The translations under genes were made by a program, and so were the position numbers. Source: a virus. From it: DNA of 64,000 nt. Positions 18,020 through 23,373 of the stretch are shown one piece after another (the stretch's first letter is position 1; every line of letters starts with the position of its first letter). The stretch covers positions 33,809-97,808 of IMG/VR virus record IMGVR_UViG_3300044801_000208. One strand, written 5' to 3'. The notes below the pieces were generated by a model. The model saw only the letters and a list, made by a program, of their open reading frames with translations. It had not been told where the DNA came from and did no database searches.

Positions 18020-18183
18020 TTTGCTGCGTTTACGTCCCAGTCGGTCGATGGCTTTTACCCCATCGCGTCAGTCGGGGCATTCGCCGAGGCTGACGGACAT
18101 TCCGTGGTCGTCGAATCTCGTAGCCGAAGCTACGGCGTTTTTCTACCCACTTAAGGGAGTCCACGCGGATGCCACGCAGCAAA
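18020..18183 (-). ncRNA. Unclassified multi-helix structured RNA (~165 nt)
   Basis: Terminal helix TTTGCTGCGT/ACGCAGCAAA, CGTAGC-TTCG-GCTACG, CGTCAG/CTGACG, CGATGG/CCATCG. Confidence 0.65.
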
Positions 18184-18193
18184 CCTCTAAACT

Positions 18194-18268
18194 TGGAGCG
18201 GGTTACCGAAATCGAATCGGTCTCTGTGGCTTGGAGGGCCACGGCACCGCCAGTTATACCTAACCCGC
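18194..18268 (-). tRNA. tRNA-Gly(TCC)
   Basis: GTGGC-CCTCCAA-GCCAC, TCCA; C33 instead of U33. Confidence 0.85.
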
Positions 18269-18754
18269 TAAACGATAAAACTTTCCACACTGACTACTTT
18301 CTCGCGTTTGTTTATTGGTAGCGATCAGCCCCTTGTTCCTGTCCTCCGCTGTCTTTACTGCGTGACAGTTCGCACAACGTACGTCACATTTGGCTATTTC
18401 GTCCAAAACTCGCTGCCGACCTTTAGTCCAACCTTGGGCCAAATTGAACTTCTTTTCCTTTGGATCGCGATGGTCGAAGTGCAGGGCTGCTGCGTATTCC
18501 TTGTACCCACAATCCTTGCACCCCAGTTCCAGCTTTACAGAGTCAATCCATTTTCTGCGAGCGGCATACCGGTAATCTCTTGCACGACGGTTGCAGATAG
18601 TTTTTGTTTCTTTACGCTCTTCCGGCGTTTTTACCTGCGTTGAATCTTTGCAGACCCGTGTACAGAAAAATATTTTGTGCTTACACAGCTTGTACCGCGA
18701 CGGGTATATGTCAAAGTCATTTTTGCAAACCCAACATTGAACCGTTATCATCAC
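18260..18754 (-). CDS. HNH homing endonuclease within the tRNA operon
   Basis: GCKDCG, ALHFDHRDP..K, KCDVRCANCH; the 3' end overlaps tRNA-Gly. Confidence 0.85.
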   Translation of the reverse strand: MMITVQCWVCKNDFDIYPSRYKLCKHKIFFCTRVCKDSTQVKTPEERKETKTICNRRARDYRYAARRKWIDSVKLELGCKDCGYKEYAAALHFDHRDPKEKKFNLAQGWTKGRQRVLDEIAKCDVRCANCHAVKTAEDRNKGLIATNKQTRESSQCGKFYRLAG

Positions 18755-18800
18755 TATTTGCTCCCCCTACTTTGAATACTGTAGAAGGAGCAAATAGTTA

Positions 18801-19162
18801 ATTTACGCGACCTATAAGCGGGGTTCTGTAAGCACCGAAGTGCCCGACAGCCATTCGTCTAATCCACCTATTACTAGGCGGCTCAAGCCCCTAACCCGCA
18901 GATTGATAACGAACCGAGCAAGCTCTCTCTGCCTATTTAGGGTTGCTTCACGCAAGGTTTGCCATGCAACGACTGTTACCAGCCGCCCGGTGGTCTCTTA
19001 AACCGCCTTTTCACCCTTACCGTCTTGCGACGGCGGTATATTCTCTGTGGCACTGTCTATCACGGTTACCCGTGTCCGGGTGTTACCCGGTGCGCTGCTC
19101 TATGTAGCCCCGACTTTCCTCCCCCGTAAAATCACAGCGGCGACTGTCCGGTCAACGTAAAA
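18801..19162 (-). ncRNA. rnpB: RNase P RNA, bacterial type A
   Basis: GAGGAAAGTCGGGGCT (CR-I), AGTGCCACAGAGAA..ACCGCC, AGGGTGAAAAGGCGGT.TAAGAG, GGCAAACC, ACAGAACCCCGCTTA (CR-V); P1 helix TTTACG/CGTAAA. Confidence 0.95.
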
Positions 19163-19164
19163 TT

Positions 19165-19241
19165 TGGAGGTCCGGGGGAGAATCGAACTCCCGCATTTTC
19201 ACGTTTGCAGCGTGACGCCTTACCGTCTTGGCTACCGAACC
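19165..19241 (-). tRNA. tRNA-Cys(GCA)
   Basis: TCACG-CTGCAAA-CGTGA, TCCA. Confidence 0.9.
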
Positions 19242-19246
19242 AAACT

Positions 19247-19356
19247 AATTGGATCAAGTGCTCTACTACTGAGCTACACCCGCCATCTGTCGATAGCCGA
19301 AGCGTGACAGTGGGCGGGAGGGCGGGTACGAGACCGCCGACCTCCTGATCCAAACT
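19247..19356 (-). ncRNA. Circularly permuted tRNA-like RNA (YrlA/Y-RNA-like architecture)
   Basis: Order is anticodon-stem 3' strand, T arm, acceptor stem closed by a TTCG hairpin, D arm, anticodon-stem 5' strand; the ends pair (TTGGATCAGG/CTTGATCCAA). Confidence 0.75.
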
Positions 19357-19430
19357 TGGCGGGGCGTACGGGAGTCGAACCCGTGTGTCTCGGTAGACAG
19401 CCGAGTAAATTGCCGTCATTCTCACGCCCC
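19357..19430 (-). tRNA. tRNA-Asp(GTC)
   Basis: CTCGG-CTGTCTA-CCGAG, GCCA; pyrimidine at position 37. Confidence 0.85.
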
Positions 19431-19504
19431 GGACGCCGAGACGGGAATCGAACCCGTGAATAAACGTTTTGCAGACGTTCGCCTTACCACTTGGCTACTC
19501 AGCT
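19431..19504 (-). tRNA. tRNA-Cys(GCA), second copy
   Basis: AACGT-CTGCAAA-ACGTT; ends TCC abutting tRNA-Asp; 1:72 mismatch. Confidence 0.75.
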
Positions 19505-19518
19505 TACACAAAAATTAT

Positions 19519-19590
19519 GCCGCGATGATTAAGGGGCTGATCCCCATCCCGGCGCTCCGAAGAGCCTTCCGGTATCTATCGCCGTCGCGG
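19519..19590 (-). ncRNA. Unclassified three-way-junction RNA
   Basis: CCGCGA/TCGCGG closing helix, CCGG..GCTC-TTCG-GAGC..CCGG, GGGG-ATCAG-CCCC. Confidence 0.5.
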
Positions 19591-19601
19591 ACGACACACT
19601 C

Positions 19602-19671
19602 TGAGCGCTGTATCCACGTCTTAGGTGGGTGTTCTTCACAGACCGCTAAGTCTGGTACTGGACAGCGCTCA
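19602..19671 (-). ncRNA. Unclassified three-way-junction RNA with complementary loops
   Basis: TGAGCGCTGT/ACAGCGCTCA, CAGAC-TTAGCG-GTCTG, CCAC-CTAAGAC-GTGG. Confidence 0.55.
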
Positions 19672-19675
19672 AACT

Positions 19676-19750
19676 TGGTGGACACAGGGAGATTCGAACT
19701 CCATAGTTCTCATTGCAAGTGAGACGCATTCCCAATTATGCTACTGGCCC
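19676..19750 (-). tRNA. tRNA-Ala(TGC)
   Basis: TCTCA-CTTGCAA-TGAGA, ACCA; imperfect acceptor stem. Confidence 0.85.
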
Positions 19751-19762
19751 ACATTCAAAACT

Positions 19763-19838
19763 TGGTGCGCTGGAAGGGACTCGAACCCCCGATGAGTGTC
19801 TTGTAAGGGCACCGCTTTAGCCGCTAAGCTACCCGCGC
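19763..19838 (-). tRNA. tRNA-Val(TAC)
   Basis: Loop CT-TAC-AA, GGTTCGAGTCC, ACCA. Confidence 0.9.
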
Positions 19839-20231
19839 AAATCTCTCTACGTACTCTGCCGCAAGCCTCAATAGGTTCGCTCGGTCGCGAAAATGACCAA
19901 GCCCTAAATTACACCCGCGACACAAAAACCCACGAGCTATATCCGTCTCGTGATTATGATCTAAGTGGGCCTTCCTGAACCCACCCTCGATTATTTCAGT
20001 ACACACGGCGCAATGCCCTTGCTGTCCCGTCCACAAAGTTTGAAGCTCTTCTTCGCTCAAACCTAATCGAGTTCTCTTCCTCTGACTTCGATTTGTGCGT
20101 TCACATCCCGCACAGAACGGGCGGCGTCCGCTCTTCCGGCTGACATCTGGATAAAATTCTCCCAGCTTCAACCATGCTTCACATCTTGGACACCACTTCT
20201 CGTGTTCATTAAACTTTTTGTTTCGTCCCAT
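19824..20231 (-). CDS. Endonuclease VII-family homing endonuclease
   Basis: QQGHCAVC, LDHNHET..ARGFLCRGCNLGLG; the 3' end overlaps tRNA-Val. Confidence 0.85.
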   Translation of the reverse strand: MGRNKKFNEHEKWCPRCEAWLKLGEFYPDVSRKSGRRPFCAGCERTNRSQRKRTRLGLSEEELQTLWTGQQGHCAVCTEIIEGGFRKAHLDHNHETDIARGFLCRGCNLGLGHFRDRANLLRLAAEYVERFARVA

Positions 20232-20252
20232 TCTGGACAATACTCGGAAAAT

Positions 20253-20284
20253 AAAAAAGGACGCTCACTTTTCAGTGGCGTCCT
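20253..20284 (-). terminator. Intrinsic terminator of the putative attenuator
   Basis: AGGACGC-CAC-TGAAAA-GTG-A-GCGTCCT followed by a T run. Confidence 0.8.
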
Positions 20285-20332
20285 CGGAATCTCTGTTGGG
20301 TGGCTATTTAGCCGACTCGACCCTCCGAGGAC
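20280..20332 (-). promoter_or_regulatory. Antiterminator hairpin
   Basis: GTCCTCGGA/TCCGAGGAC (9 bp) plus GGGT/ACCC and GGCT/AGCC; sequesters GGAC of the terminator's 5' arm. Confidence 0.7.
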
Positions 20333-20427
20333 ATGGTATCTCCCTCCGCCGCTTCGGCGGCGACCGTACCTGCACACACGACGACTGCGGCGGATACGAC
20401 GGTCGAGTTGGAGTTGAAGGAGTTCAT
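20308..20427 (-). CDS. Putative attenuator leader peptide, 39 aa
   Basis: AGGA RBS 7 nt before ATG; MNSFNSNSTVVSAAVVVCAGTVAAEAAEGDTMSSEGRVG; its stop lies inside the antiterminator. Confidence 0.65.
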   Translation of the reverse strand: MNSFNSNSTVVSAAVVVCAGTVAAEAAEGDTMSSEGRVG

Positions 20428-20446
20428 GTCTCTATCCTGATACTGC

Positions 20447-20475
20447 ATATTCGCAAAATCTGCGGAAACTGTCAA
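20447..20475 (-). promoter_or_regulatory. Sigma70-like promoter of the tRNA operon
   Basis: TTGACA-17 nt-GAATAT. Confidence 0.55.
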
Positions 20476-20489
20476 GCGAAAAATCGCGA

Positions 20490-20612
20490 TGGCGCGGGAG
20501 GGGCCGGTTGCCAGTCCGACATCAGGCCCTGGTCGGGGATTCCCGGCCGTTGCTTTCGGCGGGTGCTCTTTGGGCTGCCGCCCTAGCGTTTGAGCTACAC
20601 CTTCCCGCGCCA
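20490..20612 (-). ncRNA. Unclassified structured RNA with a D-arm-like element
   Basis: TGGCGCGGGA/TCCCGCGCCA terminal helix, TAGCTCA..., several internal hairpins, preceded by the AGTTT spacer. Confidence 0.55.
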
Positions 20613-20617
20613 AACTT

Positions 20618-20735
20618 GCCGGGTGCCCGCTGTGGCTCCCCGCGCTGCACCCTGACTCCGTGTTGCCAAAGTGTTTCCCCCAGCATCTCTTGGCCCGGTG
20701 AATACAGGGTCGGAGTCGGGGGCTGCGGCGCGGCT
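20618..20735 (-). ncRNA. Long irregular hairpin RNA
   Basis: GCCCACTG/CAGCGGGC, CCGCGC/GCGCGG, CCCCGACTCCG/CGGAGTCAGGG. Confidence 0.45.
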
Positions 20736-21139
20736 CAGTGGGCTATTCACGCCCTTTGTCCCTCTGGGCTGTTTATCCTCTGGGGACGAGCGGCGGTTTC
20801 CCGCAGGCTAAAATCAATCTCTCATGTATAGTACTGCAAAGTCAAGGTTTTTCTTCGCGAAGCGGACTTTTTGGGAACCTACCCCTTCGGTGGGCCCCCT
20901 ACCACGGCTTGCGCCGGGGTACTTTTTGCGGGCCTTGGTACTTGCTGACGCTTTCCCTGCCCAGACCGTCTAAAGGTTTTGGGGCGGTGGATGCCGCCCC
21001 GTTGAGAGTGGTTTCCTAGGCCGTAGAAGGCGCGGAACGACAGCGTGGCCACGCTGAGGCCGCCGGAGCGCCAAAACTTGCTGGACGGATTGTGTACCGT
21101 CGCCAGGGAACCCGACCCCTGTCCGTTGCCTTCGCTCCC

Positions 21140-21826
21140 TCACAGTATACGCTGGGCGCGGCAGGATCGTCCGGAACCCTCCTGTATCTGCTGAATCAGT
21201 ATCTTGCGACCCCTCAGGAGCCTGGACTTGAGCGCCGCCATGGGGATCAGGACGGGGGTGCCGTCCTTCTTGCGGTGGACGGGGCCGAGGACGCGGCGGA
21301 TGTCCTTGTTCCGCATGCCCTCCCAGAAGCGGAGGCGGAGTATCTCGCGGTACGCCGTCGGCACGCGGGTGATCGCACGCCTCAGAACCTCCCGGTCGGC
21401 CACGCCCTCCAGGCACAGGTCGCGGACGGAGAGCCTCACGGCTACCTTCCTGCCGTACGTCTCGCCGCTGAGCTCCTGGTCCAGGGAGACCTCGTTGCGG
21501 CACGCCTGCGTGTTCTCGTGCCTCAGGTGTTGCAGCCCCTCGTTGATTGCGATGCGGGTGACCCAGGTGGAGAACTTGGACTGCTCGTCGAACGTCCCGA
21601 GCTTCTGCCAGACCTTCGTGAGCGCGACGTTCGCCAGCCACTCGGCCTGGTCCTCGTCGTGCACGATGCGGCTGATGACGATCCGCAGGCGGTTGTGGTG
21701 GTGGGCGTAGAGCGCGGTGAACGCCGCCTCTTCGCCGCCCTTGGCGCGGCGGACCAGCTCAAGCTCCTCCGGCGAGTCGTAGACCTTGCGCTTCAGCGCG
21801 GGTGCTGCGGCTGCTGATGCTCCCAT
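21140..21826 (-). CDS. ECF-type RNA polymerase sigma factor
   Basis: ELVRRAKGGEEAAF..LY, FDEQSKFSTWVTRIAIN (region 2), YREILRLR...KSRLLRGR (region 4); GAGGA RBS. Confidence 0.9.
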   Translation of the reverse strand: MGASAAAAPALKRKVYDSPEELELVRRAKGGEEAAFTALYAHHHNRLRIVISRIVHDEDQAEWLANVALTKVWQKLGTFDEQSKFSTWVTRIAINEGLQHLRHENTQACRNEVSLDQELSGETYGRKVAVRLSVRDLCLEGVADREVLRRAITRVPTAYREILRLRFWEGMRNKDIRRVLGPVHRKKDGTPVLIPMAALKSRLLRGRKILIQQIQEGSGRSCRAQRIL

Positions 21827-21870
21827 TCTTGTCGTTCCTCTCTCGCAGTGTACGTTATACCTCGCGCAAA

Positions 21871-21917
21871 CGTCCGGCCCAGCCGTCCGGCCCAGCCGTC
21901 CGGCCCAGCCGTCCGGC
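21871..21917. repeat. 13-bp tandem repeat x3.5 (CGTCCGGCCCAGC)
   Basis: Directly visible, just upstream of the sigma gene. Confidence 0.9.
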
Positions 21918-22222
21918 GTCACGGCCGTCGAGGCGGGGCGGTACTCCGCCGTGTACTTGAACTCCGGCTTCTCCGTGAACGGCGTGGTGAACCTCCAGCG
22001 GGGTCGGGCGTGGTGAACCTCCAGCGGGGTCGGGCGTGATGACGAACGTCTGGTTATTGATCTCGTCGTACCCGGCGGCGGGGTCGAAGCGGTCTTCCTG
22101 GACTTTGAGGGTGAGGCCCGAGGCGGAGAAGCCGACCACGGTGTACGGATAGCGGTCGCTGCCGACGTACAGGGTGCCGCCGATGCCCTTGACGAGCTCG
22201 TGCTGTCCGTCGGGGTCTTCAT
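21918..22222 (-). pseudogene. Frameshifted gene remnants with a 26-bp tandem duplication (21981-22038)
   Basis: The coding-like frame (ELVKGIGGTLYVGSDRYPYTVV...) is out of frame with its ATG; GGCGTGGTGAACCTCCAGCGGGGTCG occurs twice. Confidence 0.65.
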
Positions 22223-22356
22223 TTGGCCGCCTTCCTGGCGAGCGCGGCCTGTAGCTCGTACCACGCCCTGACCTGCGCCTTCGTTGGCTTGTCCATGAGA
22301 ACAGTATACGGGCGGGCGGGCGGAAACGGCTATGGCACCGAAGTGCCTGAGTTTTG

Positions 22357-22596
22357 CTAGGGTTGGGGCAGGTCCTCGGGCAGGTTCAGGCTCACGTCGC
22401 CCTCTTCGTCCTCGTAGGCGAGCCTGATCACGACGTAGTCCCTGGTGAGGTGGCGGCCGACGACGGGCGCGTCCTGGTACGCCTCGAAGTCTGCGCGGCT
22501 GATGACCACTTCCCCGCCGAGCCTGTCGAGCAGGCAGGCGAGAATCTGGAGGAGGGTCTCGATCTGGGCCTCGTGGGGGGTGACGATCTCGTCCAT
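22357..22596 (-). CDS. Small acidic hypothetical protein
   Basis: AGGAGG RBS, MDEIVTPHEAQ... Confidence 0.7.
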   Translation of the reverse strand: MDEIVTPHEAQIETLLQILACLLDRLGGEVVISRADFEAYQDAPVVGRHLTRDYVVIRLAYEDEEGDVSLNLPEDLPQP

Positions 22597-22625
22597 GGGA
22601 GAAAATCCTCCTATTGAGGAGGCCC

Positions 22626-22907
22626 CTAGTCCGGTTCCTTCTCCTGCTCCTGGGTGTCGCCCTCGCCGAAGATGGCGCGGAGAAGTTTCTCCTCGGGCGA
22701 GAGGCCGATCGTCTTGTCCTCGGGGTAGAAGAAGGCCCTCATCATGCAGCACAACAGCGCGGGCTCGCCGTCGATCATGACTACCGCGAGCTCGTACTGC
22801 GAGAGCCCGTCCTCGTGGCAGATGTCGCAGCAGCGCACCCCGGTGTAGTCGAAGTCGCGGCACGATTTGTTGTACTCGAACTGGCGATCGCCGTTGTCGA
22901 AGATCAT
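22626..22907 (-). CDS. Small Cys-rich hypothetical protein
   Basis: CCDICH, CC; GC3-biased codons. Confidence 0.65.
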   Translation of the reverse strand: MIFDNGDRQFEYNKSCRDFDYTGVRCCDICHEDGLSQYELAVVMIDGEPALLCCMMRAFFYPEDKTIGLSPEEKLLRAIFGEGDTQEQEKEPD

Positions 22908-23069
22908 TTCTCGTCCCAGATGGCCGGTCGTCCGGCTCCATCTACTGGCGGAAAGTCGGGGAATGCGATCTTGGTTGGCGGGGGCGGGGTCTTGCGGTTG
23001 ACGATCTGCGGGGCGTACGACGCGGCCATGAGGAGGCCGAGCAGGATGAGGAGGCCGATTTGGCTGTCT

Positions 23070-23369
23070 TTAGTCAAGCGTGAGCTTTGGGACCTCGTTC
23101 GCCCCGGCGAGGATTATGCTGGGCAGTTCGCATTCTACCATGGCGAGCTGGCTGGGGCAAAGGAGCATGTACTTGTTGGGGATCAGTCGGCCGTCGTCGT
23201 CGGTCGCCTGGCGGATCATGCCGACGGAGGCGTACTGGATGAACATCCGGTTCATCAGGGCCTTCATCTGCTCGTCGACGTGGTGGCGCGGGTCGGCCTG
23301 GGCCGTGATGTCCTGTATGGTCTGCTCGCCGGAGGTGAAGGTGATCCGGAACGACAGCTTGATGTCCAT
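23070..23369 (-). CDS. Hypothetical protein
   Basis: MDIKLSF..., directly after the RNR stop. Confidence 0.7.
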   Translation of the reverse strand: MDIKLSFRITFTSGEQTIQDITAQADPRHHVDEQMKALMNRMFIQYASVGMIRQATDDDGRLIPNKYMLLCPSQLAMVECELPSIILAGANEVPKLTLD

Positions 23370-23373
23370 CTGG

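Noticed and set aside
19602-19671. Hammerhead ribozyme
   Set aside because: The topology and a GTC triplet are suggestive, but the core reads GTGAAGA and GATA rather than CTGANGA and GAAA.
17170-20800. tmRNA, SRP RNA or theta/HDV ribozymes
   Set aside because: No tag ORF with a tRNA-like domain, no SRP domain IV motif and no HDV fold that I could build; most tRNAs already encode CCA.
21871-22038. CRISPR array
   Set aside because: The repeats are directly tandem with no spacers; no cas genes other than the transposon TnpB.
21140-22264. 374-aa extended sigma factor as in the ORF track
   Set aside because: The N-terminal extension runs through repeats and pseudogene debris; the RBS supports a start at 21826.
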